IMG/VR virus record: IMGVR_UViG_3300043394_000375
Location: 1 to 28,471 of that record
Source of the DNA: a virus
Lineage: Duplodnaviria; Caudoviricetes
DNA length: 28,471 nt
Direction: 5' to 3' (one strand)
The first letter of the stretch is position 1; each line of letters begins with the position of its first letter. Made by a program: the position numbers and the translations under genes. Of the stretch, positions 8,504 through 17,911 are shown one piece after another. The notes under the pieces are model-generated. The model saw nothing but the letters and a program-made list of their open reading frames with translations. It searched no databases and was not told the DNA's origin.

Positions 8504-8885
8504 CTGCGGTCCTCCAATCCATGGCGGGTTCTAACCTCGCGCCCACAACTCCGTGGCGCCTGCGCGCAGCGGCTTCGAGGGCGGCAGCTTCAAGGACGGT
8601 GGTGAGCGCTTCGACCGCCGACGCACCCTGCGCCACCACCGTGGGCGTGGCCATGTTGCCGCGAGACAGGTAGCAGGACCCATCGGCGTATCCAAACCAT
8701 AACACACCGTGCGGCAAGCCCACCGCAGCCTCAACCTGCGCAGCGACGCGCGAGAGTTGGGTCTGGTACGCGTCATAATCAGGCTTCGAGCATATGATTT
8801 CGACCGTGAGCGGACCACCGAAGTCAGGGACTGGGTCGATATCCAGCGCGGTGCAAGCGAGGCGGTAGCGGCCGGAAGCGGTCAT
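8484..8885 (-). CDS. Hypothetical protein (133 aa) in a cassette flanked by direct repeats
   Basis: SD GGAGG and ATGA coupling. Confidence 0.65.
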   Translation of the reverse strand: MTASGRYRLACTALDIDPVPDFGGPLTVEIICSKPDYDAYQTQLSRVAAQVEAAVGLPHGVLWFGYADGSCYLSRGNMATPTVVAQGASAVEALTTVLEAAALEAAARRRHGVVGARLEPAMDWRTADEFRVG

Positions 8886-8898
8886 CTGCGGTCCTCCA
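8500..8898. repeat. 17-bp direct repeats at 8500-8516 and 8882-8898
   Basis: Both read TCATCTGCGGTCCTCCA (minus strand TGGAGGACCGCAGATGA). Confidence 0.9.
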
Positions 8899-9067
8899 GC
8901 CCGTTACGGTCGCGAATCTCGCGCAGCTCGTCCAGCAGCTTGTAGACCTCGGCTTCGTCGAGCTGAGCCTTACGGACGGAGTGCGTCCCAATGAAGCGAG
9001 TCTCCTGGAATCTACCGAGGAGGAGGTTGCGGAGGGCGTCATGGAGGAGCTGGAGGTCTGCCTTCAC
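8882..9067 (-). CDS. Hypothetical protein (61 aa)
   Basis: GTGA and ATGA overlaps with both neighbours. Confidence 0.7.
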   Translation of the reverse strand: MKADLQLLHDALRNLLLGRFQETRFIGTHSVRKAQLDEAEVYKLLDELREIRDRNGLEDRR

Positions 9068-9204
9068 TTCTTCTTCCCCTTCGGGGCCTTGCCGGCCTTG
9101 TTCAGAGCTATGGCTATGGCCTGCTTCTGAGGCTTGCCAGCCCTGACCTCGCGAGATATGTTCTCGCTGATTGTCTTCTTGGAAGAGCCTGACTTGAGCG
9201 GCAT
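9064..9204 (-). CDS. Small basic protein (46 aa) of a common phage type
   Basis: [46 protein letters not shown]; SD AAGGAGG. Confidence 0.85.
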   Translation of the reverse strand: MPLKSGSSKKTISENISREVRAGKPQKQAIAIALNKAGKAPKGKKK

Positions 9205-9219
9205 GTTACTTCCCCTCCT

Positions 9220-9318
9220 TCATTTGGACTTCCCCTTCGGGGTGCCCTTCGGCTTGGGCTTGGGCTTGGGCTTGCCGCCCATGGTCAGCTTGGACGAGTA
9301 CCCGATTCCCTTCGGCAT
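9220..9318 (-). CDS. Small Lys/Pro-rich protein (32 aa)
   Basis: MPKGIGYSSKLTMGGKPKPKPKPKGTPKGKSK; SD AAGGAG. Confidence 0.7.
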   Translation of the reverse strand: MPKGIGYSSKLTMGGKPKPKPKPKGTPKGKSK

Positions 9319-9328
9319 GACAGACTCC

Positions 9329-9586
9329 TTAGCGAGCGATGTCGCTCACGCGCTTGTTGGACCACATCCTGCAACTGTGATATCGGGCCTTGTTGGGAGG
9401 GCCTGGGTCGTCGCACGAGTGGCGTGAGCGGAAATTCGCTCGGGCTTCGGGGTTGTCCCGGCGGATCTCCATGTTCGCGTCCCCGAACCTCACAGTGTAC
9501 TTCTCACCCTGATAAGTTCCGGTGGCCACAAACTTCTTGTCGCCATACCCTGGTTCACCCTTGCGGATTCTTCGTACGCTCGCCAT
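9329..9586 (-). CDS. Conserved-type basic phage protein (85 aa)
   Basis: VRFGDANM.I...P.AR.NFRSRHSC....KARYHSC.MW, a pattern common in phage hypothetical proteins. Start moved to ATG 9586. Confidence 0.8.
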   Translation of the reverse strand: MASVRRIRKGEPGYGDKKFVATGTYQGEKYTVRFGDANMEIRRDNPEARANFRSRHSCDDPGPPNKARYHSCRMWSNKRVSDIAR

Positions 9587-9743
9587 TGTGCCTACGCTCC
9601 TTGCGCTCCTTGCGCGTTCCCTTGGCGATCTCAGGAGGTTGTCCCCGCTCAATCCGTTCGCGTTCAGCGAGTGCGCTTGCGAGCGCGACCTGCGGGGCCA
9701 TCCCACTGTGGAGATTTCGCTGAAGCAGCTCGAAGAGCGTCAA
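9555..9743 (-). CDS. Hypothetical protein (62 aa)
   Basis: TTGA overlap with the holin stop; fills the operon gap. Confidence 0.55.
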   Translation of the reverse strand: MTLFELLQRNLHSGMAPQVALASALAERERIERGQPPEIAKGTRKERKERRHNGERTKNPQG

Positions 9744-10057
9744 ACCTGTGCCCCCCCATTGGGGGGGCAGCCCACGTCAGTCGCCCCTTCGAGCCTCGCG
9801 AGCCTGCGGTCCACCGCCCCGAGGCTCTTCTCTATTGCGGTGAGGGCCTTGCTGACCGCCTTACCCTCGTCTCTCTGGGTCTCTATCATCTTGTCTATCT
9901 GTGCCAAATGCCTGTCGCCGAGACGGGAAGCCAACGGCATGACGTGCTTGACTACCAGAACGTAGAGACCATAGAGCACGACCATCAACACTATGACGGC
10001 GGCACCGGGGCCAGCGAGGTATGGGGCGATTGAGGTGGGGTCAACTTGTGCGATCAT
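9740..10057 (-). CDS. Putative holin (one TM helix plus coiled coil, BhlA/UviB-like architecture)
   Basis: GPGAAVIVLMVVLYGLYVLVV TM segment followed by a heptad-like tail; upstream of the endolysin. Confidence 0.6.
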   Translation of the reverse strand: MIAQVDPTSIAPYLAGPGAAVIVLMVVLYGLYVLVVKHVMPLASRLGDRHLAQIDKMIETQRDEGKAVSKALTAIEKSLGAVDRRLARLEGATDVGCPPNGGAQV

Positions 10058-10241
10058 CGGAAGCGCCGCTCCCATTGGGATACAGTGTAAGTCCCACCAG
10101 CACTGGATATTGTTGAAGTGTACTGGCGGGAGACTAAGACCCAACCGTGCCCCGGTCGGGGTCCAGGATTGGTTGGCTGTAGCGCGGGATGACTAACCGG
10201 TGATCTCGCTCGGCGAGTTAAGGCCCTCACGGGAGGCCTTA
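10058..10241 (-). ncRNA. Candidate structured RNA or leader with 4-5 hairpins
   Basis: Consecutive stems, including a 12-bp stem (10092-10103/10120-10131) whose G-U pairs form only on the minus strand. Confidence 0.4.
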
Positions 10242-10469
10242 CTGGGGGTTGACGGCGCCCGGCACTCCGCCACCAGCTATGACGGCATCGAGCATGGCCC
10301 GCACAATCGGTCTGCACACCGCTGTTGAAGGGCTGGTACTCGACCCAGGGTCGTAGCTTGCGAGAAGATTCCGAACCTCGTCGTAGGTCATGACCACTTC
10401 GACCTTGATGCCGTCGTCGTAGACTTCAGGGTTGACCTGGAAGTATCCCTTGAAGGATTCAACAATCAT
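10239..10469 (-). CDS. Hypothetical protein (76 aa)
   Basis: SD GAGGTG; operon packing. Confidence 0.75.
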   Translation of the reverse strand: MIVESFKGYFQVNPEVYDDGIKVEVVMTYDEVRNLLASYDPGSSTSPSTAVCRPIVRAMLDAVIAGGGVPGAVNPQ

Positions 10470-10477
10470 GATTCACC

Positions 10478-11230
10478 TCAAGAGAGCTTGGTGACGGCAT
10501 ACTTGATCCGCATGGCGAAGGCGCCCCCGACAGTCGTGATCGTGCCGTTGGTGCTGAGCATGATGGCCAGGGCAAGCTGCGAGGTAGCAGCCGAGGCCCA
10601 GGTGTTGCCATCACCACGCGTGTTGGTCGAGACCGTTGACGCGCTCCGAACGATGCAGGACCCACCGCCCTTGCCGCACGAACCTATGGCGGTACCCCCA
10701 GAGAAGATGGTGGTGCCGCACCCGGACAGCATGCTGGCTATGGTGGCCGCAGCGCCCAGGTTGTCTGCGACTACACCAGCGCCGGGCGTGCCAACGGAGG
10801 AGGTCAGGCAGTACACCCCGCTGGGACGCATCGTGCCTATGACAGTGCTGCTGGCTGATTCCACAATGCAGACCGCCAAGAGGTAGGAGCGCGCAGTACC
10901 GACGCTCACATTGTCGAACCGAACGTCCAAACTGAAGGCGTCCCCGACCAGAACTGGCGTTCCATCGGAGTAGGTGAGCGCCTGCCGCCACTTCGAGCTG
11001 GTGAAGTTGGCACCAGATATGAGGCTGTAGGTCTCATTGCCGACAGCGATGGTGTTCGTATTGAAGGTGTGAGTGTCGGTCGCCGAGTCGTAGGAGTAGC
11101 TGCTGAGCGCCACCCCCGCGGTGTCCGAGAAGGTGTAGGCACCCCCGTTCAAGTTGCCGAGAGAACGCGCCGGGTTGACAGGAGGGGTTGAGCCGCCTCC
11201 AGAATCAGGGAAGACAGGAACAATGGGCAT
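10478..11230 (-). CDS. Putative tail fibre or receptor-binding structural protein (250 aa)
   Basis: Rich in Gly/Ser/Thr and beta-type residues; located after the ejection genes. Confidence 0.5.
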   Translation of the reverse strand: MPIVPVFPDSGGGSTPPVNPARSLGNLNGGAYTFSDTAGVALSSYSYDSATDTHTFNTNTIAVGNETYSLISGANFTSSKWRQALTYSDGTPVLVGDAFSLDVRFDNVSVGTARSYLLAVCIVESASSTVIGTMRPSGVYCLTSSVGTPGAGVVADNLGAAATIASMLSGCGTTIFSGGTAIGSCGKGGGSCIVRSASTVSTNTRGDGNTWASAATSQLALAIMLSTNGTITTVGGAFAMRIKYAVTKLS

Positions 11231-11233
11231 GGT

Positions 11234-11692
11234 TCACTCGCTCCAGGTGATGCAGGACTGGGCGAGCGTCACAGTTCCAGCGTCGGTCTTGACCCAGAGG
11301 TAGAACTTGCTGTCGCTGTTGATGATGCCGAAGAAGGGAATCCCGATGGAGTAGGCAACGCAACCGCTCGTGCTGGTCGTGATGCCAGTAGAGATCGTGG
11401 CTTCGGTGTCCGGCATCAGGATGAAGTCACCAGCCGCGTCAGCGGTGATCCTGCAAGTCAGCTTGGCGGCGCCGCCCGCAATGCTGGTGGCCCGAACGTG
11501 AAGACCCTCAATCCTGGAGGCGAACTTCGTCTTCCGGGTGGTGCCTGGGAGGCGCGGAGGCGCACTGTTCGGGAAGGTCTGGTCCGGGATCAGGTCGTGC
11601 AGGTGGAACTTGGCGACGTCGTAGGAGGTGCCCACTGCGGCGACCGGGGTGACGTTCAAGCTATCGTGGAAGTAAGTGCCTACCTTGCCCAT
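11234..11692 (-). CDS. Putative virion structural protein (152 aa)
   Basis: SD AAGGAG favours ATG 11692 over 11719; beta-rich. Confidence 0.6.
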   Translation of the reverse strand: MGKVGTYFHDSLNVTPVAAVGTSYDVAKFHLHDLIPDQTFPNSAPPRLPGTTRKTKFASRIEGLHVRATSIAGGAAKLTCRITADAAGDFILMPDTEATISTGITTSTSGCVAYSIGIPFFGIINSDSKFYLWVKTDAGTVTLAQSCITWSE

Positions 11693-11745
11693 CGTCTTCT
11701 TCTCCTTCTGCCCCTCCATTGGAGGGACAGGGGTGGTTCCCTAAT

Positions 11746-11754
11746 ATTGTAACC
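11746..11754 (-). promoter_or_regulatory. Putative late promoter GGTTACAAT
   Basis: Exact motif at the stop of the 1409-aa gene. Confidence 0.65.
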
Positions 11755-14700
11755 TATTCACCGGAGCGGGTCGCGCGCATGGCCTCAATGGCTGCCCTCT
11801 CGTCCGCGCCGACCTCCCTGATCCCTCGCCTAAGCGCCAACTCGGCAAACGCTATGGAGGGCGAAGGCTGGGAAGCTGGGATGCCAGTGGCCCCAGTGAG
11901 CCCAATCCCCTGAGCCGTGTCGCTCGCGAGCCACCGGGTGCCATCCTGGAGCACCCCGGGAAGCGCGCTCCTTATGCCTCGGAGCATCGATTTGGCCTCT
12001 GGCGAAGCCTTATATATGCGGACCGGGGCCAAGGTCTCGAAGGCGGCTCTCTCGCGCTCCGGGAGGGCAGAGAGCTCCTCATCAGTCACCCTCTGCCAGA
12101 TGTATCCCTTCTCGCGCCAGTCACTCGGGACGTTGCGCCAGATCTTGGTTCGCTCGAATCCTGGGATGGCTGCATCCTTGGTGGGGTTCACAAGGTCCAT
12201 CGGGAAGTTGGCATCTATGAATGGTCTCCACTCAGGGTGGGAACCATCGGGCTCGGTGAGGTGCACCAAGAGGGCCAGCATCTCAGACTCGGTCAGCTTG
12301 CCGGCTTCTGGCGCGGCCTGGATAGTCGGGGCTGCGGGCTCAAGGTCTCCAAGCAGGGCAGCCCCTACGAGTGCGGCGGCAGACAGTGCTGCTTGTGCGC
12401 CAGCACCGGCCACCGTCTCGCTTCCCTTCAGAAGCTCGAAGACCGTTACCGCCCCACCGTCGAGCATGGCCATGGTCCCAAGCGCACCTTCCACAGCCCA
12501 GGCCACAGGGTTGTTGAGGGTCAGCACCTCGTACTGCTTGTCCCCGAGTGGGAACCTCAGAGAGTAGAAGGCCCGACGGGAGGCGTCGCCCTGGCGGCTG
12601 AAGGGGTCCTCCTTGCGGTTCATGAAGTTCTCAACGCGAATCGACTGAATCGGGATGTTCGTACCCCGGGCCAGGGCGTCGCCGAGGGCGCGGGCAGATT
12701 CCCAAGTCTCAGCAGCGCTGGCGAAGTACGGGGTGACCTTCTCCATCAAGAAGTTGTCCGCCGTCTTGGAGTAATCCAAGAGGCTCCTGCGGGCGAGGGC
12801 CGCAGCATCTTCAGCCCGCATCCCAGCCTTCAGCCCTCCAGCGAAGACCGCTTGCCTGTAAGCATCCGACACCCCTGAGGCCAGGGCTGCATAGTCAGGG
12901 CCGAAGGGGTCGAGGGCTCCCGCTGCCCTGCGCAGTTTGGGAGCTCGACGCACGAGCTCGTCTCGGACCCGTTGAGTCAGAACCCGGTTGGCGGCACCCT
13001 GCCGGGCAGCGTCTTGAGCGCTGAGCCCGAGACCCAGCCTCTTGCCTTCAGAGGCAATAAGCTCCGGGGTCCAGCGAGTGCCATCGGAAGTGACGAACAG
13101 AACCTGATTGGGAGCAGCGTTGGAGATCCTATAAGCATCAATCGCCGCACTCCCGGTGCGGGACAGCCCAACCTGAGAAGCCGATATCATGGCCCCACGA
13201 ATGAACCTGTCAGTCCACGCGGGAAGGTTGGGGATAGGGCCGAACTGAGACTGCAGGTACAGGCCGAGTCTCTTGCGAACGCCAGCTCCAGCTTCAAGCA
13301 CATTCTTGATGGAGTCGCCCCAAGAGGCGTTCAGGGCCCTGGGCTCGAACATGTCCTGAGGCTTGAATGCCGAGTCGAGTCCAGACTCCCACTGCTGCCC
13401 AGACGGAGTCAACGGGGACACCTGAGCTTCTCCCCTGGCAGTCTGTATGGGGAGCTCAGTGCGTCTGGTGGGGCGCCCTCTCTGAAGAACGGCGAGGTCC
13501 TCCCTGGCCGCCATTATGGCTGCGGGCTTGGCTATGTCCTCTATGATGGTGGCGGCCATGATGGGCAGGAGACGGGCACGAACAACGTCCAGGTCCACCT
13601 TAGGACCACCAACAGGAAGCTTGTCGTTGACCGCTCTGATGGTGTCGTATATCCTCCCAAGTGGGGTCGCGCGAGCCGGGTCGAGCGGGGTCAACATCTT
13701 CTGCATCTCAGCAACTTCCTTAACAGTTGCCTTGACGTCTATGTCTCCAACGCGCCCAAGCCCGTCCTCAACCACCTTATCCAGGAGCTTGTCGAAGGAT
13801 TCAGGGTCAGAGAAGTACCTCTTCATGACCCCATTGGTGAGGAGCTCACGTCCCTCTCTCACCGGGGTTCCAGTCGGGACGCTCTTAGCTATGTCGAGAA
13901 TCTCGTCGCGCAGATCCTGGCTGGCACGGAAGCTGGAATTCCGAACCCTGTTGTATATGGAGGCCGCCAGAGCATTGTCCGGACGGATCACGGGAGGCGA
14001 GCCAAGAGGCCCAAGAGGGACTATGTCCTGGTCTCGGATGAGGGCAGAGAAGGTGCGGGCCACGACTCCGTCGAACAGGCTGGGCTCCAGTCCTTCGGGG
14101 GTCGGGCTCAGAGACCGAACACTCAGGTCGTCAAGCTTCTTCAGCCCCGAAGAGGGGACGTCAGAACGCTTCACCAGGATGTCGTCTACTTCACGAGCCA
14201 CTACTTCAGGGGTGGGTCGGTTGGCCTCATCAACGAACCGGTATCTCTCGGCCACGATCTTGCGAGCCGCTTCCCGCTCCTTGGAGGCAACAGCCTTGGG
14301 GGCAGCTACCGAGTCAGATATCTGCACGAGGTCGTCAGGAACCTGGGCCCGAAGGACGGTGCGGACCTCCTCAGCGGGGATGTTGGTCTCCCTGTTGATG
14401 ATCCTGACGATGTCGTCTTCCTTCCCGAAGGCGGGGATGACTCTGGCCGCCTCAGGGTAGGTGCGTCTGGCCATGGTCCCAAGGAGCGCCCGGTCCTGGA
14501 CCCCCCTGGTGACGGCCTTGCCCGCTTCTGCCACCTTGGCGACCGCAGCAGGGGCCACTACCTTGGCTCCCTTGCCCAGGAAGGAAGCGGCCTTGCCAGG
14601 AAGCCTAAGCGGAGTGATGGGCAGGAAGACCTCGCCCAGAGTCCCCGTAGCCCATAGGGCGTTGCGGGCGTACTCCTCATTCTCCCCAGCGGCCTTGGCG

Positions 14701-15983
14701 GTTGCCTTGACCAGAGACGGAATCTGAGCGAGTTCATCTCCGATTCCGCGACCCTGCTCGATTCCCTGCGCGATCTGGTCGAAATACCCGAGAGTCTCGT
14801 CAACCCTGCGCTTGGCGTTGGGGTCTGCACCGAACGCAACCGGTTCAGCCCTGGTGCTCTTCACCCCAAGCCCTTCGGTGAGCACTGGGATGAAGGTCGT
14901 GTTCAAGAAGGCAGGGGTGAGAGTGCCAAGGGACCGCAGCGAAGCGCCCAATGGGGTCTCGATGATGCCCTCACCTTCAATGCGCTGAGTCAGCAGGTTC
15001 TTGATGGCTGACCTCGACGCGGGGTCTTCAATCTTCTCCGCAGCAATGGCAAGTGCCTCGCTCTCACCCATGACGGGCTGACGAGCCAGGGCCTCAATGA
15101 GCCTCTCAGTTGAGGTGGGTTCACGAAGCTCGCCAGTATCGGGGTCTCGATACAAGCGCTGAGTTCCCACAGGCTCCGTGTAGGGGAACTGGAACGTGGG
15201 GGTGTCCACCATTCGGGTCGGACGAAGCATGGGAAGGATTGGGGTCGGGCCTTGCTCCACACCGCCAGTGGCGGATATGGTGGCAGCCCTACGCTCTTGT
15301 TCCTTCTTGCGTTCAACGGCGAGGAGCCCCTCCTCTTCCGAGAATGGGAGGTTGCGGAGCTCCATCTGCTTCTGAACGCGCTCCCTGGACACCCGCTCGA
15401 TGTCCTCTATGTCTGCCGGGCTGCCAGGGGTCGGAATGTACTTGAAGGGCTCAGGGGGCTGGAGGGCGACCCCAACCGGCCTTGCAGTCTCTCTGGCAGA
15501 GAGGTCCGCCTTGGCAGCAGCTTCACGACCCTTGGTCAGGGCTTCTTGTGCAGCCGCATCGCGGACTTCAGTCGCGGCCACGCGCTTCTCACGCTCTCGC
15601 ATCGCGTCAATCTGGCGCTCGACCAGAATCGCCTTGTCGTTCTCCCCAGCCAACCGCAGGGCAGCAGCGCGCTGGGCGAGGGACTGCACGGTTGCCACGG
15701 GTCTCTCTACAGGAACGGGGCCACCACCGAGGGTGAAGTCGCCCTCCTCCTTCGGAGGGGGAGGGGCAACGGGAGGGGCGGGCTGGCCCCTCGGAGCTGC
15801 CTTGGACCTCGGCTGGACAGCCGGTGCGGCCACAGTGGCAGGAGCCAACGGAAGGGCCTTCCCGCCTCCTTGGGGCACGGCGGGAGGAGGGTACAGCCTG
15901 CGAAGAGCTGTCTTGATGTCCTCATCGCTCATGTCATCAGGGAACTCGATCTCATCGGAGCCTACCTGTACTACCTTCGGCAT
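11754..15983 (-). CDS. Large internal virion (DNA ejection) protein
   Basis: 1409 aa and helical; N-terminal EIEFPDDMSDEDI motif; third gene of a small-medium-large trio, as in T7 gp14-16 and P22 gp7/20/16. Confidence 0.65.
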   Translation of the reverse strand: MPKVVQVGSDEIEFPDDMSDEDIKTALRRLYPPPAVPQGGGKALPLAPATVAAPAVQPRSKAAPRGQPAPPVAPPPPKEEGDFTLGGGPVPVERPVATVQSLAQRAAALRLAGENDKAILVERQIDAMREREKRVAATEVRDAAAQEALTKGREAAAKADLSARETARPVGVALQPPEPFKYIPTPGSPADIEDIERVSRERVQKQMELRNLPFSEEEGLLAVERKKEQERRAATISATGGVEQGPTPILPMLRPTRMVDTPTFQFPYTEPVGTQRLYRDPDTGELREPTSTERLIEALARQPVMGESEALAIAAEKIEDPASRSAIKNLLTQRIEGEGIIETPLGASLRSLGTLTPAFLNTTFIPVLTEGLGVKSTRAEPVAFGADPNAKRRVDETLGYFDQIAQGIEQGRGIGDELAQIPSLVKATAKAAGENEEYARNALWATGTLGEVFLPITPLRLPGKAASFLGKGAKVVAPAAVAKVAEAGKAVTRGVQDRALLGTMARRTYPEAARVIPAFGKEDDIVRIINRETNIPAEEVRTVLRAQVPDDLVQISDSVAAPKAVASKEREAARKIVAERYRFVDEANRPTPEVVAREVDDILVKRSDVPSSGLKKLDDLSVRSLSPTPEGLEPSLFDGVVARTFSALIRDQDIVPLGPLGSPPVIRPDNALAASIYNRVRNSSFRASQDLRDEILDIAKSVPTGTPVREGRELLTNGVMKRYFSDPESFDKLLDKVVEDGLGRVGDIDVKATVKEVAEMQKMLTPLDPARATPLGRIYDTIRAVNDKLPVGGPKVDLDVVRARLLPIMAATIIEDIAKPAAIMAAREDLAVLQRGRPTRRTELPIQTARGEAQVSPLTPSGQQWESGLDSAFKPQDMFEPRALNASWGDSIKNVLEAGAGVRKRLGLYLQSQFGPIPNLPAWTDRFIRGAMISASQVGLSRTGSAAIDAYRISNAAPNQVLFVTSDGTRWTPELIASEGKRLGLGLSAQDAARQGAANRVLTQRVRDELVRRAPKLRRAAGALDPFGPDYAALASGVSDAYRQAVFAGGLKAGMRAEDAAALARRSLLDYSKTADNFLMEKVTPYFASAAETWESARALGDALARGTNIPIQSIRVENFMNRKEDPFSRQGDASRRAFYSLRFPLGDKQYEVLTLNNPVAWAVEGALGTMAMLDGGAVTVFELLKGSETVAGAGAQAALSAAALVGAALLGDLEPAAPTIQAAPEAGKLTESEMLALLVHLTEPDGSHPEWRPFIDANFPMDLVNPTKDAAIPGFERTKIWRNVPSDWREKGYIWQRVTDEELSALPERERAAFETLAPVRIYKASPEAKSMLRGIRSALPGVLQDGTRWLASDTAQGIGLTGATGIPASQPSPSIAFAELALRRGIREVGADERAAIEAMRATRSGE

Positions 15984-17908
15984 CACTTCACCTCGATGAG
16001 TTCGATCTCGCCAGTGGCCGGGTTGTACTTCCGCTTGAATATCTTCTCGACAGCAGGAGCAGGAGCAGGGGCAGGAGCTTCCGGCTCAACCGTCTTGCTT
16101 GCACCTGTGATTTCGAAGTCTTGCCTCAAATCAGCTCGGGTCGGCCCGACCGACTCGACCGGCGCAAGACCCTGCAGCAGGGCACCCCGAACCGCGGCTA
16201 TGTCGCGCGGGTCTTGAAGTTCCCGGTAGGTCTGGAGAGCTTGTTCCCTCTGCCCGAGGGCTCTCTCAGCCTCGTAACGGGCTCTCTCAACACGGTCTTC
16301 ATCCCCCGCAGGCATGCTCCCTCTCTCAGAATCGAGAGGAGGAGCAGGTGGGGCAGGGAGCCTGCGAGAAGGATCGTAGCTCCCCAAGCCCGTGTCTTCA
16401 AGTCGGTCCCGTTCAATGCGGGCAAGCTCACGCTCCTGGGCGATCCTCTCGACTTCAGCTTCATCAGCTGCCCTGATTTCTTCAGGGCTGAGTGCCCCCA
16501 TCAGAACCTCTCTCCTCCTGCCCCCCGGGCCAGTGTCGGGGCTGACTATCCCACCGAAGCCAGATTCACGACCCATGGCAAGCGACTCGTCAATCTCCCG
16601 GAGGCGCTTCTGGAGACGAGACTCAGTGCGGGCAAGCTCCGCCTCCTGGGCACGGCGGTCTTCAGTCTGGATCTTCTCGATCTCAGGAAGGGGAGTACCA
16701 GGGGCAACCCTCATCTGCGTGGAAGCGATGGCGTCGCGGGAGGCCAGGGCACCCATGACCGACCTGCGCTCCTCGGGGGACAGAGCCTGAAGGTTGTCCA
16801 TGATGTCCTGGGCACGCATCCCAGAAGCCGCCATGGCAGAGGCCGCCGAGAAGCCCTTGGCCTCACGGTCGGTCAACTTGGACTTCAGGTAGGACTCGGG
16901 GTCGGTCTTCGGGTCTGCCGCCAGTGCGCCAGTGTAGCCGTCCAGGTACCTCTTCATCTCGGGCTCAAGGGACCTGAGCAGAGGAGGGATGGCGGCTCTC
17001 TCTGCAGCCCCCGTGTACAGCTCCTCGGCGAAGGTCTCCTTGGTCTTCCCAGCAAGGCGGGCTTCGGCCTCCTTCAGGGCGGTCTCCTTGGTGGACATGT
17101 CCTTCAGGAGGTCAAGATAGCCTTCGTCATAAGCACCGCGGTCCTGTCGCCTGTAAGCCCCCTTCGCAGCGGCCTGCTTGTACACGGCAGCACCACGCTC
17201 AAGAACCCCTTCGGGAATCTCGTCAGCAGTGACCACACCATCGTCAAGGAGCGCGTTCTGGTAGAGGGTAAGGGCCTCCTGGTCCTCCGCGGGAAGACTC
17301 TTGTAGAACAGACGGGCTTCTTCACCGCCCTGGAAGGCCCTGGCCCCGAGAGAATCCGCGAGCTCGCGCATCTCCTGAACCGACACGCCCTGCTGGCCTC
17401 TCTGTGCCGCCAAGGCCCCCCTACCAGCAGAGAGTTGTGCCTCGGTCTTCAAGCTGGCAGGAGCAGCAGGGAGAGCTGCCCCAGGGACCTTGGCAAGGAT
17501 GGCCCTGGAGAGGCGGTTGTACTGCTCGACGCTCCCAGCGCTCTTCAGGCCTGCCAGAGCGGAGACGTAGTTCGCGTTGCCAGGCGTGGCATTGGCAGGT
17601 ATGCTGCCCACAGCGTTCAGTGCAGATTGGTATTCCGGGGACACAGCGGTTGCGCTCGGAATCCCCGCGAGCCCGGAGAGTTCCAGTCCCTTCTGGAGGG
17701 CAGCCATCTGGAAGGCGTCTGCGCTCTCACGGGGGCGAATGTTGTCCGCGTACTGCTGGCGGCGCAGGCGGACCTCATCGACCGCCTTGCGCTGTTCAGC
17801 CAATGCGTCGAACTGGGAACCCGCCACAGCCTTGGCAGATTCCCAACGAAGCTTCGCCGCCTGAGCAGGCAGGTAGGTCTCAGTCAAGACCTTAGCGTAG
17901 GATGGCAT
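15983..17908 (-). CDS. Putative internal virion or ejection protein (641 aa)
   Basis: Ala/Glu/Arg-rich and helical; synteny; TGATG coupling. Confidence 0.6.
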   Translation of the reverse strand: MPSYAKVLTETYLPAQAAKLRWESAKAVAGSQFDALAEQRKAVDEVRLRRQQYADNIRPRESADAFQMAALQKGLELSGLAGIPSATAVSPEYQSALNAVGSIPANATPGNANYVSALAGLKSAGSVEQYNRLSRAILAKVPGAALPAAPASLKTEAQLSAGRGALAAQRGQQGVSVQEMRELADSLGARAFQGGEEARLFYKSLPAEDQEALTLYQNALLDDGVVTADEIPEGVLERGAAVYKQAAAKGAYRRQDRGAYDEGYLDLLKDMSTKETALKEAEARLAGKTKETFAEELYTGAAERAAIPPLLRSLEPEMKRYLDGYTGALAADPKTDPESYLKSKLTDREAKGFSAASAMAASGMRAQDIMDNLQALSPEERRSVMGALASRDAIASTQMRVAPGTPLPEIEKIQTEDRRAQEAELARTESRLQKRLREIDESLAMGRESGFGGIVSPDTGPGGRRREVLMGALSPEEIRAADEAEVERIAQERELARIERDRLEDTGLGSYDPSRRLPAPPAPPLDSERGSMPAGDEDRVERARYEAERALGQREQALQTYRELQDPRDIAAVRGALLQGLAPVESVGPTRADLRQDFEITGASKTVEPEAPAPAPAPAVEKIFKRKYNPATGEIELIEVK

Positions 17909-17911
17909 TGG

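Noticed and set aside
9251-9273. GGCTTG hexamer tandem repeat
   Set aside because: Explained by KPKPKPKP coding
12972-14657. 561-aa plus-strand ORF
   Set aside because: Antisense shadow of the ejection gene, caused by codon bias
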